In this document: piece by piece, positions 38,774-48,045 of the stretch
Position numbering within the stretch: position 1 is the stretch's first letter
How the letters are laid out: every line of letters begins with the position of its first letter
Origin: a virus
Virus record (IMG/VR): IMGVR_UViG_3300037427_000542
Coordinates: 1-64,000 of that record
DNA length: 64,000 nt
Strand: one strand, 5' to 3'
Translations under genes and position numbers: made by a program
The notes under the pieces: model-generated
Told to the model about the DNA's origin: nothing
Seen by the model: the letters and a program-made list of their open reading frames with translations, nothing else
Database searches by the model: none

Positions 38774-38842
38774 ACCTTTTTACCCTCGGAAAAAGTGGCC
38801 AAGATTTTGGAGCAAAAAAAGTTCGCCTAATTTGGAGATGAT

Positions 38843-39787
38843 ATGACGACAACACCTGAACAGTTTTTATGGGTAGAGAGATACAGACCCAGGTTAATAC
38901 AAGATTGTGTATTACCCGAAAGTGTCAAGAAACAATTTGCACAGTTTATTAAGAAAGGTGAGATACCTAACCTATTACTGTCAGGTACTGCAGGTACTGG
39001 AAAAACAACTATTGCTCGTGCTTTATGTAATGAGCTAGATTGTGATTATATCATTATTAATGGTAGTGATGAAGGTAGGCAGATTGACACTCTAAGAACT
39101 AAAATTAGGCAGTTTGCCTCAGCTGTCTCATTCGAGGGTAAGACTAAGGTTGTTATTCTTGATGAGGCTGACTATATGAACAGAGATAGTGTACAACCTG
39201 CACTTAGAGGGTTCATAGAAACATTCTCTGAGAACTGTAGGTTTATATTTACATGTAACTATGCTAACAAGCTAATAGAACCCTTACACAGCAGGACTAC
39301 TGTTATAGACTTTAAATTAGCACCCTCAGATCGCCCTGTATTAGCCGCTAAGTTTATGGATAGAATGAAGTATATCCTTAATACAGAAGGCGTGGAGTAC
39401 ACGGAAAAGGTGCTTGCTGAGCTCCTAATGAAGTACTTTCCTGACTATAGAAGGGTGCTAAATGAGCTACAGAGGTACTCAGCAGGGGGTATTATAGATG
39501 AGGGTATACTAAGTAACTTCCAGGAAGTAAATGCTAAGGCGCTTATAGAGAGCCTCAGGGGAAAAGACTGGCGTAAGATGAGACAATGGGTGGCAAACAA
39601 TGTAGACACAGACCCTCAGGCTATATTCCGTCAGATATACGATATACTACTTCCAGAGGTTAAGAGTCCTGCTCGCTTAGTACTAGATATTGCAGATTAT
39701 CAGTATAAGGCAGCTTTTGTAGCAGATCAGGAGATTAATTTAACTGCTTGTCTAACACAGATTATGGTTGATTCGGAATTTAAATAA
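38843..39787 (+). CDS. gp44: Clamp loader large subunit
   Basis: LWVERYRP, GTAGTGKTT, INGSDE, ILDEAD, PLHSR, FPDYRR. Confidence 0.96.
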   Translation: MTTTPEQFLWVERYRPRLIQDCVLPESVKKQFAQFIKKGEIPNLLLSGTAGTGKTTIARALCNELDCDYIIINGSDEGRQIDTLRTKIRQFASAVSFEGKTKVVILDEADYMNRDSVQPALRGFIETFSENCRFIFTCNYANKLIEPLHSRTTVIDFKLAPSDRPVLAAKFMDRMKYILNTEGVEYTEKVLAELLMKYFPDYRRVLNELQRYSAGGIIDEGILSNFQEVNAKALIESLRGKDWRKMRQWVANNVDTDPQAIFRQIYDILLPEVKSPARLVLDIADYQYKAAFVADQEINLTACLTQIMVDSEFK

Positions 39788-39939
39788 TGGCTAAAGACGC
39801 TTGGATTCAAGTTAGAGTAGAAAAGGCTAAAAGAGAAGAAATAAAGAAAGAAGCCGCTAAAAGAAAAATGTCTGTATCTCAATTAATGTTGGAGGGATAC
39901 GAAACATTAAAGGAGGGTAAGTATATTGACTTTAAGTAA
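39787..39939 (+). CDS. Small ribbon-helix-helix-like DNA-binding protein (50 aa), not in ORF track
   Basis: MAKDAWIQVRVEKAKREEIKKEAAKRKMSVSQLMLEGY...: beta strand, helix, SxS helix; TAATG coupling to gp44. Confidence 0.6.
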   Translation: MAKDAWIQVRVEKAKREEIKKEAAKRKMSVSQLMLEGYETLKEGKYIDFK

Positions 39940-40090
39940 ATTGTGGAAATTATGGTGTATGTCGTTAGGCGAGAAAGCTAGCGACGATTCAACAGAAGCA
40001 GATGCAGTAGCAGTTATGAGAACTATCGTTGTTCTTGTTAATTTCTTCACCTGTTTCTTTATTATCTCAGGAGTATTAAGACATTGGTAG
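39926..40090 (+). CDS. Small membrane protein (54 aa)
   Basis: TTG start after GGAGGG; LWKLWCMSLGEKAS...RTIVVLVNFFTCFFIISGVLRHW. Confidence 0.55.
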   Translation: MTLSKLWKLWCMSLGEKASDDSTEADAVAVMRTIVVLVNFFTCFFIISGVLRHW

Positions 40091-40542
40091 ACTCAATATT
40101 AGAAGGTTTCGGTGAGCCAGTCGAAGATATAAATGAAGAAGATTTCCAAGAGAAACTTAAAAAGATATCTCCTTTTGATTACGCTAACAGCATTTACACA
40201 AAAGATAACATTATAGTAGATGAAAGGACAGAAAAAGAATACAATCCTTTTATGGTAAATCGTGCAATGGGTATGGGTAAAGATACTTGTATTGCAGCTA
40301 ATGAAATGAATTCGAGACACCACTTAGATAATAAAATGCAGTATGATTTCCTTATGGATGTTGTAAGAGAAGGCAAACGATTTAATAAGTGGCTTAAAAA
40401 TGACGAAGAAAATATAGAGGCAATACAAAAGTTTTTTGGCTATTCTTTAATTAAAGCAAAACAGACCCTTAGTCTGTTAAATGATACACAAATTGATCTC
40501 ATAAAAATACATTTGAAGTCTTCTAAAGGTGGAAAAGTATAA
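40084..40542 (+). CDS. gp62: Clamp loader small subunit
   Basis: SPFDYANSI, YNPFMVNR, ANEMN, QYDFL, KRFNKW; precedes regA. Confidence 0.9.
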   Translation: MVDSILEGFGEPVEDINEEDFQEKLKKISPFDYANSIYTKDNIIVDERTEKEYNPFMVNRAMGMGKDTCIAANEMNSRHHLDNKMQYDFLMDVVREGKRFNKWLKNDEENIEAIQKFFGYSLIKAKQTLSLLNDTQIDLIKIHLKSSKGGKV

Positions 40543-40591
40543 ATACCTGTATAACTTAATTATTATTTAAGACATTACAGGCATATTGAGA

Positions 40592-41011
40592 ATGAGTGAT
40601 CAAGAGAATTACTTTAACATAGACTATCCAGGGTATTCACCTTTAGAAGTTACCTTAAACGACCCAGAAGATTTTTTGAAGGTTAGGGAAACATTGTCTC
40701 GAATTGGAGTAGCATCGAAAAAGGACCAAGTCCTTTATCAGTCTTGCCATATATTACACAAGAAAGGTAGATACTTTATAACACACTTTAAAGAACTATT
40801 TGCTCTTGATGGCAAGGAAGCAGACTTCCAGGATAACGATTTACAACGCAGAAATACTATTGCTAAACTTCTCCAAGATTGGGGTTTGGTAAAAATATTA
40901 GGCGAAGTAGAAGATTTAGCTCCATTGAGTCAAATCAAAATTATATCGTTTAAAGAGAAAGGTGAGTGGGAGCTAATCCCCAAATACAATATTGGAAAGA
41001 AAGTTAAATAA
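40592..41011 (+). CDS. regA: Translational repressor RegA
   Basis: DFLKVRETLSRIGVAS, LYQSCHILHKKGRYFITHFKELFALDG, WELIPKYNIG. Confidence 0.97.
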   Translation: MSDQENYFNIDYPGYSPLEVTLNDPEDFLKVRETLSRIGVASKKDQVLYQSCHILHKKGRYFITHFKELFALDGKEADFQDNDLQRRNTIAKLLQDWGLVKILGEVEDLAPLSQIKIISFKEKGEWELIPKYNIGKKVK

Positions 41012-42269
41012 AAACCAGATAGAAGCACTTCAGCTAATAAAGACAGAACAGGATAATGTTGGACCGGGTTTCTGCGTGCTAAAATGGTATCACCAAGAAA
41101 TGCACTTAGGCACTGGTAGAGCACACTCTTGTTATCATTGTCCTACACACCAAATACCCTTAGGTTCAGACTTACATAACACAAATCACAAAGTAGAAAA
41201 GAGAGCAGAGATGTTGCAAGGCAACAGACCTTCAGAGTGCTCTTATTGTTGGGATGTCGAAGATCTTGGATTGATTTCTGATAGACAAACTCTTGCAGTA
41301 CAATTTTTTAAACATAATCGTAATATAGTAGACGAGGCAGTAGATGCTGGAACAGGTTATGTTTATCCTAAGTATCTAGAAATATCGTTTACTAATAAAT
41401 GTCAAATGGCATGTAGTTATTGTGGTCCTGTTTTTAGCACAACATGGGAAAAGGAAATAGAAGAACACGGTCCTTACAAATTATCTAAAGACTATAATTC
41501 AATTCATACTCCTCAAATAGAAAACTCTCCATACATAACCAGGTTTTGGAAATGGTTTCCACAGGCATATGAACACTTATTTGTTCTTAGAGTTACAGGT
41601 GGTGAGCCTTTATTAGATAAGAACACATATAAGTTACTCCAATATGTAAAAGACAACCCAAGAAAAGGATTAACATTCCATTGTAATTCTAATCTTATGG
41701 TTTCAGAAAATAGAGTAAAAAAGTATATAGGTTTGGTTAAGGATATTCCTAATACAAAACTTTATGCTAGCATTGATTCATGGGGTAAACAGGCAGAGTA
41801 CATTAGACATGGATTAGATGTTTCTCACTTTGAACAAAATTTACATAGATTATTGGCTAACGGAATACCAGTAGGAATAATGAATACATATAATTTCTTA
41901 TCTATTCCTAATACCGAAGAGTTCATATTTAAAATGGCAGAACTTAAAAATACTTATGGTGATCTAATTACAATAGACATGCCTTTTATGGTAGAGCCAG
42001 ACCACCTTTCAGCACAAATCTCAGACGACTCTCATATAAGTATAATGGAGAAGGATTTAAAAACTATGGAAAGTTATCCTCAGTTTTCTACAGGCGAGAT
42101 AGAAAAATTTAGAAAAACTGTAGGATGGATAAAGGCAAATAGATTTAAAGATTTAGAACTGCTAAAACATAGAAGAGATTTTTGGCATTTTGTATATGAG
42201 CATGATAAAAGAAGAGGCACAGATTTTAAAGCTGCCTTTCCTAATTTAGGATTTGAAAATGAAACATGA
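40992..42269 (+). CDS. Radical SAM protein with N-terminal Cys-rich (Twitch/SPASM-like) domain
   Basis: CQMACSYC (CxxxCxxC), VTGGEP; N-terminal C..KW...SCYHC and CSYCW. Confidence 0.85.
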   Translation: MERKLNKNQIEALQLIKTEQDNVGPGFCVLKWYHQEMHLGTGRAHSCYHCPTHQIPLGSDLHNTNHKVEKRAEMLQGNRPSECSYCWDVEDLGLISDRQTLAVQFFKHNRNIVDEAVDAGTGYVYPKYLEISFTNKCQMACSYCGPVFSTTWEKEIEEHGPYKLSKDYNSIHTPQIENSPYITRFWKWFPQAYEHLFVLRVTGGEPLLDKNTYKLLQYVKDNPRKGLTFHCNSNLMVSENRVKKYIGLVKDIPNTKLYASIDSWGKQAEYIRHGLDVSHFEQNLHRLLANGIPVGIMNTYNFLSIPNTEEFIFKMAELKNTYGDLITIDMPFMVEPDHLSAQISDDSHISIMEKDLKTMESYPQFSTGEIEKFRKTVGWIKANRFKDLELLKHRRDFWHFVYEHDKRRGTDFKAAFPNLGFENET

Positions 42270-42918
42270 GATGGGTGAAAATAAATTATATTCAATTAAT
42301 AATCCGTTATTAATGACAATAGATGATTTCTTACCAGAAGAAGTAGTAGATCTATTATCCTCAGATATTGAGAAACATTGTATATTTAAAGGTGCCCAAG
42401 TATCTACAAATGATGGTACAGGTGAAAAATCTAATTTAAGAACAAATGAAACATCTAGTCTCCATTATCTACAATCCGAAGGAGCTAGAATATTTTTAGA
42501 CGCAGCCTCAGCTTCGTTAAGATTAAATCCAGCTCAAGCAGAACCTATATCAGTTATTAAATATAAAAAGGGTCAACAATTTGAACCTCACATGGATGCT
42601 TTTGGAGATGATAAATTAAATGCTTATTCTCCTCAAGCAGGCAATAGAATAGCAACAGCAATATTATATTTAAATGATGTACAACATGGAGGGGAAACAG
42701 ATTTTCCTAACATGAAAATTACAATACCAGCCAAGAAAGGAAGAGTAGTATTGTTTTCTAATTGCCACATGGGCACAACTCAGCCTCTTGAATTGTCAAT
42801 GCACGCAGGATTGCCAGTTATTCGAGGAGAAAAAACAGCAGTTAACTTGTGGTTTAGATCGGGTGTTTACGATAATAATATGTACCAAAAATGGTTAGAA
42901 CAGCAGCAGAGTGTATAA
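42259..42918 (+). CDS. 2OG-Fe(II) oxygenase, prolyl-4-hydroxylase-like
   Basis: Y..GQ.F.PHMD, R.AT..LYLND...GGET.FP, HAGLPV..GEK...N.W. Confidence 0.9.
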   Translation: MKHEMGENKLYSINNPLLMTIDDFLPEEVVDLLSSDIEKHCIFKGAQVSTNDGTGEKSNLRTNETSSLHYLQSEGARIFLDAASASLRLNPAQAEPISVIKYKKGQQFEPHMDAFGDDKLNAYSPQAGNRIATAILYLNDVQHGGETDFPNMKITIPAKKGRVVLFSNCHMGTTQPLELSMHAGLPVIRGEKTAVNLWFRSGVYDNNMYQKWLEQQQSV

Positions 42919-42982
42919 ATAGTATTGATACGCCGGAAGGGTATCATATTTTAATCTTGCTAAATAATAGGAGAAAACAATG
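42914..42982 (+). promoter_or_regulatory. Late promoter plus structured hsp20 leader (ROSE-like RNA thermometer)
   Basis: TATAAATA at 42914; hairpin TGATAC-G-CC-GGAA-GG-GTATCA; TCTTGCT pairs with SD AGGAGA leaving a bulged G. Confidence 0.6.
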
Positions 42983-43417
42983 GTAAGCATAAACACGACA
43001 AATTGGAACGATTTCGTTTCAGCATTCCCACAAATAGAAAGTAGACTAATTGGATTTGACAGAGTCTTTGACGCTGTTCAAAGAGTCAATACCACCGAGG
43101 CTAACTTCCCACCTTATAATATTAAAAAAATAGACGATGAGAATTATGAAATTCAAATTGCTCTTGCAGGCTTTTCAAAGTCTGAACTTGATATTACTGT
43201 GGAAGACGGTAATCTAATCGTCAAAGGTGAACAGGCAGAGACTTCTAAAACAGAATATTTGCACAAAGGAATTGCAGAACGCAATTTCACAAGAACATGG
43301 TCTTTAGCAGATACTGTTAAAGTGTCAGGTTCTGAATTGAAGGACGGAGTATTAACAATTAATTTGGTAAACAAAATTCCAGAAGAATTAAAACCTCAGT
43401 CTATTAAAATTAAATAA
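42980..43417 (+). CDS. hsp20: Small heat-shock protein Hsp20 (IbpA-like)
   Basis: IGFDRVF, NFPPYNI, IALAGF, YLHKGIAERNFTR, L.DGVL.I.L...IPE. Confidence 0.95.
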   Translation: MVSINTTNWNDFVSAFPQIESRLIGFDRVFDAVQRVNTTEANFPPYNIKKIDDENYEIQIALAGFSKSELDITVEDGNLIVKGEQAETSKTEYLHKGIAERNFTRTWSLADTVKVSGSELKDGVLTINLVNKIPEELKPQSIKIK

Positions 43418-43438
43418 TTAAAACAGGAGATAAGGAGT

Positions 43439-43783
43439 ATGGCTACAAACATACAAATCGTTAAACTTACAACAGGTGAAGACTTGATTGGAGACATTAC
43501 AGAAGAGGAAATTGATGGTAGAGGTTTTCTACTTATCAAAAAACCAGCTATTATTATGATTATGCCTAAACCTGGAAGTGAAACTGATTATACTGTAGGG
43601 CTAGCTCCTTACGCTCCATTTGCAAAAGATCACAAAGTACCAATCTTTCCAGCTCATGTTGTTTCAGTCTACGATCCAGGAAAAGAAATGTTAAACACAT
43701 ATAATACAAAATTCGGTTCTGGAATTGTAACACCTGACTTTATAAATAAAAAGGTGTTGAACGAGACAATAAAAGGAAAGTAA
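43439..43783 (+). CDS. Conserved hypothetical protein (Sm-like)
   Basis: IVKLTTGEDLIG...YN.KFGSGIV; usual hsp20-gp43 interval. Confidence 0.7.
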   Translation: MATNIQIVKLTTGEDLIGDITEEEIDGRGFLLIKKPAIIMIMPKPGSETDYTVGLAPYAPFAKDHKVPIFPAHVVSVYDPGKEMLNTYNTKFGSGIVTPDFINKKVLNETIKGK

Positions 43784-44203
43784 ATGTATGAATATAGAGT
43801 TAAGATCGTAAAGGTCGTAGATGGGGACACAGTAGATGTGGATATCGACTTGGGGTTTGGAGTCTGGCTTAAGAAACAAAGGGTCAGGTTATTCGGTATC
43901 GACACACCGGAAAGTAGAACCCGTGACCTCGTTGAAAAAAGATTTGGAAACATGGCGAAAGATTATCTTAAAAGTAGATTATCAAGTGGAGCTATACTCG
44001 GAACAAGGCTTGATAAAAAAGGCAAATTTGGACGGATACTTGGTGAATTTTTTGTGTTAGATAATGAGGGCCATCCTCAATTTGAAGTTAAAGTGAATGT
44101 AAACGAGGAATTGATTGCTAAACATCATGCCGTTGCATACCACGGACAATCTAAAGAAGAAATAAAAGAAGCACATTTGGTTAATAGGACCTTTTTTGAA
44201 TAA
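43784..44203 (+). CDS. Thermonuclease (SNase-like)
   Basis: KVVDGDTVD..IDLGF, RVRL.GIDTPE, GKFGRILG. Confidence 0.88.
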   Translation: MYEYRVKIVKVVDGDTVDVDIDLGFGVWLKKQRVRLFGIDTPESRTRDLVEKRFGNMAKDYLKSRLSSGAILGTRLDKKGKFGRILGEFFVLDNEGHPQFEVKVNVNEELIAKHHAVAYHGQSKEEIKEAHLVNRTFFE

Positions 44204-44208
44204 AGTCC

Positions 44209-44237
44209 TTGACTCTTAGTCAGTAAGAGTGCATAAT
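44209..44237 (+). promoter_or_regulatory. Sigma70-type promoter with spacer dyad (gp43)
   Basis: TTGACT-CTTAGTCAGTAAGAGTG-CATAAT. Confidence 0.85.
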
Positions 44238-44263
44238 GTGTATATTATGTTTAAGGTGTTGTT

Positions 44264-46759
44264 ATGAATTTTTATACTTATGCGAGACATTATGGAAATG
44301 ATATACTTTTCCGTGGTGTAAAAAATGGTAAGCGATTTACTGCAAGGCATGAATTTCAGCCTACTCTGTTTGTTAAGAGTAAAGAAAAATCTAAGTACAA
44401 AAGTATCTTTGGTGAGAATGTATCACCTATAAAGTTCCCCACAAATAAGGAGGCAACTGCCTTCTTTGACAGTTACAAAGATGTAGAAAATTTTCCAATA
44501 TTTGGACAAAACTATTACGCATACCAATATATCACCGAGAACTATCCTGGTGAGATACAATGGGATGCTAATGAGATGTTAATCTATTCTATCGATATTG
44601 AAACAACATCGGAAGGTGGATTTCCTAATGTAGACTCCCCTAGTGAGAAAGTTCTAGTTATCACACTTCAAAACAACAACACCAAGAAGATAACAACTTT
44701 TGGCCTGGGGGAGTTTACGCCTACTAAAGAAACAAATCATTTAGATATTGACTATCAAGGTTTTGACACAGAAGAACAACTATTAGATACTTTCCTCACT
44801 TGGTGGCAGGATAATTGTCCTGATATTATTACAGGTTGGAACAGTAATTTATTTGATATGCCTTATCTTATTACAAGAGTTCAACGAGTATTAGGTGAGA
44901 ATGAACATAAAAGATTCTCTCCTTTTAAATTAATTAACAAGCGTCCTATTAGATTTGCTAATCGTGAGATGACAGCATTCGAGATTACAGGTGTTGCACA
45001 ATTAGACTATTTGGACTTATATAAGAAGTTTACTTATGTGACTCGAGAGTCTTACAAACTAGACTTTATTGCAGAAACAGAACTAGGTAAGAATAAACTA
45101 GAGTCTGGCTTTGACACATTTAAAGAGTTTTATGATGGAGATTGGAATAGGTTTGTAGAATATAATATTATTGATACAGTTATTGTCGACGAACTAGAAG
45201 ACAAGATGAAACTTATTGAACTTGCTATTACAATGGCCTATGACGCTAAGTGTAATTATAATGATGTATTCTCAGCTGTTAGAACCTGGGATAGTTTATT
45301 ATATAATCATCTATGGGAAAAGGACATTGTTATTCACCAAGGTGGTGGTAGAAAGGATAGACAAATTGAAGGTGCGTTTGTACAGGAACCTAAACCTGGC
45401 AGTTATGAATGGGTGGCTAGTTTCGATGCTACAAGTCTATATCCTAGTATTCTAATGCAACACAATATGAGTCCTGAGACTATTGTTCCTGGGTTTAAAT
45501 ATAATGTTAGCGTTGACGATCAACTGGACAGATATCAGTTAGACAAGTTAAAAGAAAAGAACTATACTATGGCAGGCAATGGCTCTTGTTATACAAGAGA
45601 AAAGAAAGGTCTGTTTCCTGAGATTGTACAAAAGTTTTTTAATGATAGATTAAAATATAAGAAGTTGATGCAGAAGGCACAGAAAGATTTCCAAGAAACA
45701 GGTGCCCTACATCACAAGAACGAGATAAGTAAATATAACAACTTTCAGATGGCTCGTAAGATTCAATTAAACAGTTTATATGGTGCCCTAGCTAATCAGT
45801 ATTTTAGATTCTATGATGATAGAATTGCAGAAGGTATTACAATGTCGGGACAATTAGTTATCCGAGATACAGCTAAGGCTTTGGACAAGTATATGAACAA
45901 AGTATGTGGCACAGAAGATGAGATGTATTCTTTTTATAGTGATACAGATTCTTGTTATGTTACATGTAAAAAGATGGTAGATAATTTCTTCCCTGATAAA
46001 GACACAGATAAGGTTGTAGAACTTCTTGATAAGATAGGTACAGATAAAATAGAACCTGCTATTGCACAGGCAATGACAAAGTTAGGTAATTATACTAATG
46101 CCTTTGAACATAAGATAGACTTTAAGCGTGAGGTTATCGCAGATAAAGGTGTGTTTGTGGCTAAGAAAAGATATGCCTTAAATGTACTAGATGATGAAGG
46201 ACTAAGACTTAAAGAACCTAAGTTAAAAGTTATGGGTTTAGAAATTGTAAGGTCCTCGACTCCTGCTCCTATCCGAGATAGTTTGAAGGAGGCAGTCCGT
46301 CTTATTCTTACTAGTGATGAAGACAAGTTACAAACATATATTGCTGAGGCACAAAAACAATTTAATACATTATCTGCAGAAGAGATTGCCTTTCCTCGAG
46401 GTTGTAATAATCTTAAGAAATACTCATCTACAGCAGACATATATCAGAAAGGCACACCCATACATGTTCGAGGTTCCTTACTGTATAATAAGCTCTTAAA
46501 AGATAAGAGTTTGAACCTTAAGTATGAGAAAATACAAGAAGGTGATAAGATTAAGTTCCTTTATTTAAAAGAACCTAACAGTTTACATGAGAACACTATT
46601 GCCTTTGTAACTAAACTTCCTAAAGAGTTTGAGATTACAAAGTATGTAGATTATGATTTAATATTTCAGAAAGCATTTATTGATCCTTTAGAAAATATAT
46701 TGAAACCTTTAGGATGGAATACAGAACCTCAGGCTACACTCGAGGATTTATTTGCATAA
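44264..46759 (+). CDS. gp43: Family B DNA polymerase
   Basis: DIET, GWN...FD, SFDATSLYPS, KIQLNSLYG, YSDTDS, KKRY. Confidence 0.98.
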   Translation: MNFYTYARHYGNDILFRGVKNGKRFTARHEFQPTLFVKSKEKSKYKSIFGENVSPIKFPTNKEATAFFDSYKDVENFPIFGQNYYAYQYITENYPGEIQWDANEMLIYSIDIETTSEGGFPNVDSPSEKVLVITLQNNNTKKITTFGLGEFTPTKETNHLDIDYQGFDTEEQLLDTFLTWWQDNCPDIITGWNSNLFDMPYLITRVQRVLGENEHKRFSPFKLINKRPIRFANREMTAFEITGVAQLDYLDLYKKFTYVTRESYKLDFIAETELGKNKLESGFDTFKEFYDGDWNRFVEYNIIDTVIVDELEDKMKLIELAITMAYDAKCNYNDVFSAVRTWDSLLYNHLWEKDIVIHQGGGRKDRQIEGAFVQEPKPGSYEWVASFDATSLYPSILMQHNMSPETIVPGFKYNVSVDDQLDRYQLDKLKEKNYTMAGNGSCYTREKKGLFPEIVQKFFNDRLKYKKLMQKAQKDFQETGALHHKNEISKYNNFQMARKIQLNSLYGALANQYFRFYDDRIAEGITMSGQLVIRDTAKALDKYMNKVCGTEDEMYSFYSDTDSCYVTCKKMVDNFFPDKDTDKVVELLDKIGTDKIEPAIAQAMTKLGNYTNAFEHKIDFKREVIADKGVFVAKKRYALNVLDDEGLRLKEPKLKVMGLEIVRSSTPAPIRDSLKEAVRLILTSDEDKLQTYIAEAQKQFNTLSAEEIAFPRGCNNLKKYSSTADIYQKGTPIHVRGSLLYNKLLKDKSLNLKYEKIQEGDKIKFLYLKEPNSLHENTIAFVTKLPKEFEITKYVDYDLIFQKAFIDPLENILKPLGWNTEPQATLEDLFA

Positions 46760-46884
46760 TGGAATTGCAATCGTTAGCAGGCTGGGGTTTATTTGTATGT
46801 ATGATAGTTTCCAATTGGGTAATGTTTATTCTTATAGATGGATTTTTTGAAGGGGATATAGAAGGAGTTAAATATGAAAAATAA
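46759..46884 (+). CDS. Small membrane peptide (41 aa)
   Basis: TAATG coupling with gp43; hydrophobic segment. Confidence 0.45.
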   Translation: MELQSLAGWGLFVCMIVSNWVMFILIDGFFEGDIEGVKYEK

Positions 46885-47044
46885 AGATGAAAGAAATACA
46901 CATTTCATATACAGTATATTGAAAAGTGGTTTTAGATGTGGAGGTTGTGTTATACCTTTTGTTATTAATGAGCCGTGGGCTTGGCAAGTATTTTTAGGAG
47001 CATTCTTTGTTGCTGAGATACTAGGAATTATGGAGGAGTTATAA
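46874..47044 (+). CDS. Small membrane protein (56 aa)
   Basis: SD AAGGAG; HF.YS..KS..R...AEILGIMEEL; coupled to next ATG. Confidence 0.6.
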   Translation: MKNKDERNTHFIYSILKSGFRCGGCVIPFVINEPWAWQVFLGAFFVAEILGIMEEL

Positions 47045-47232
47045 TGGGAACACACGCATGGAAAAAGAAAAGCGTAAGAGCTAGAAGGGAAGGTGCTTTA
47101 GAAAGACTTAAAGCATCTAAATTTACACCAAAAATTGTGCAAGGAAAAGAACGCAATGAAGAGAACTGGACAAAGAAGAAAGAGAAACAAATTGAAACTC
47201 TTGAATCCAGAATTAGAGGGACACAAGGTTAA
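47044..47232 (+). CDS. Small basic hypothetical protein
   Basis: SD GGAGGAG; RARREGALERLK. Confidence 0.6.
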   Translation: MGTHAWKKKSVRARREGALERLKASKFTPKIVQGKERNEENWTKKKEKQIETLESRIRGTQG

Positions 47233-47280
47233 GTTTCAACATAAGAAACTTTTAGATCAACAAAAAGAGATTGACGAACA

Positions 47281-48045
47281 ATGGGAAAGAATAAAAAAAT
47301 TGCAGTCATTGGATATGGATTTGTAGGCAAAGCCACATATTATTTTTTAACTGAAAAACTATATGGCGAACTTTCAGACGTCTATATTCATGATCCTGAT
47401 TTAGGTTACAACATAGATAATTGGAATGAAATTGATTATGCTTTTATTTGCGTTCCAACTAACCTAAAACAAGGAAAGTTAGACACAAGTATTATAGATA
47501 AGATACTATCAGAACTTTATGTAGGTGTACAACCTGTTATTAGAAGTACAATAGGTCCTGATCAATGTTTGGCTTATGCTAATAGAGGAATAATTATAAT
47601 GCCAGAGTTTTTAAGAGAAAAACATTGGAAGGAAGATATAGACAATCCTAACATTGATATTTTAATTGGTTGTTATAATTGTGATGAATTTGTTGATCTA
47701 ATGTCATGTGGTAATAAATTTGTAAAACAGGTTACACCATGCGAGGCAAGTGCAATAAAAATGTTTAGAAACGCTGCACTGGCTGTTAAAGTAGGTTTAG
47801 CAAATGACTTTAAAAATATATGTGAAGTACAAGATATAGACTATGAAGTCATAAAAGAGTTTCTAGAGAATGATGAGAACTTAGGAGGAACACATTGGGC
47901 TGTTCCAGGCCCAGATGGAGAGTACGGTTTTGGTGGCACTTGTTTACCAAAAGATTTGACACATGCTTCTGAGCTATGCTATAATTCTTTTAATATAATG
48001 AATACAGCCTTAGAGGCTAATAAAGGTAGGAGAAAAGATGGGTAA
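47281..48045 (+). CDS. UDP-glucose/GDP-mannose dehydrogenase family protein
   Basis: VIGYGFVG, FICVPT, RSTI.P, PEFLRE, K...N, GFGGTCLPKD. Confidence 0.9.
   Translation: MGKNKKIAVIGYGFVGKATYYFLTEKLYGELSDVYIHDPDLGYNIDNWNEIDYAFICVPTNLKQGKLDTSIIDKILSELYVGVQPVIRSTIGPDQCLAYANRGIIIMPEFLREKHWKEDIDNPNIDILIGCYNCDEFVDLMSCGNKFVKQVTPCEASAIKMFRNAALAVKVGLANDFKNICEVQDIDYEVIKEFLENDENLGGTHWAVPGPDGEYGFGGTCLPKDLTHASELCYNSFNIMNTALEANKGRRKDG
47956..47985 (+). promoter_or_regulatory. Sigma70-type promoter for uvsX (no dyad)
   Basis: TTGACA-18bp-TATAAT with extended TG. Confidence 0.65.
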
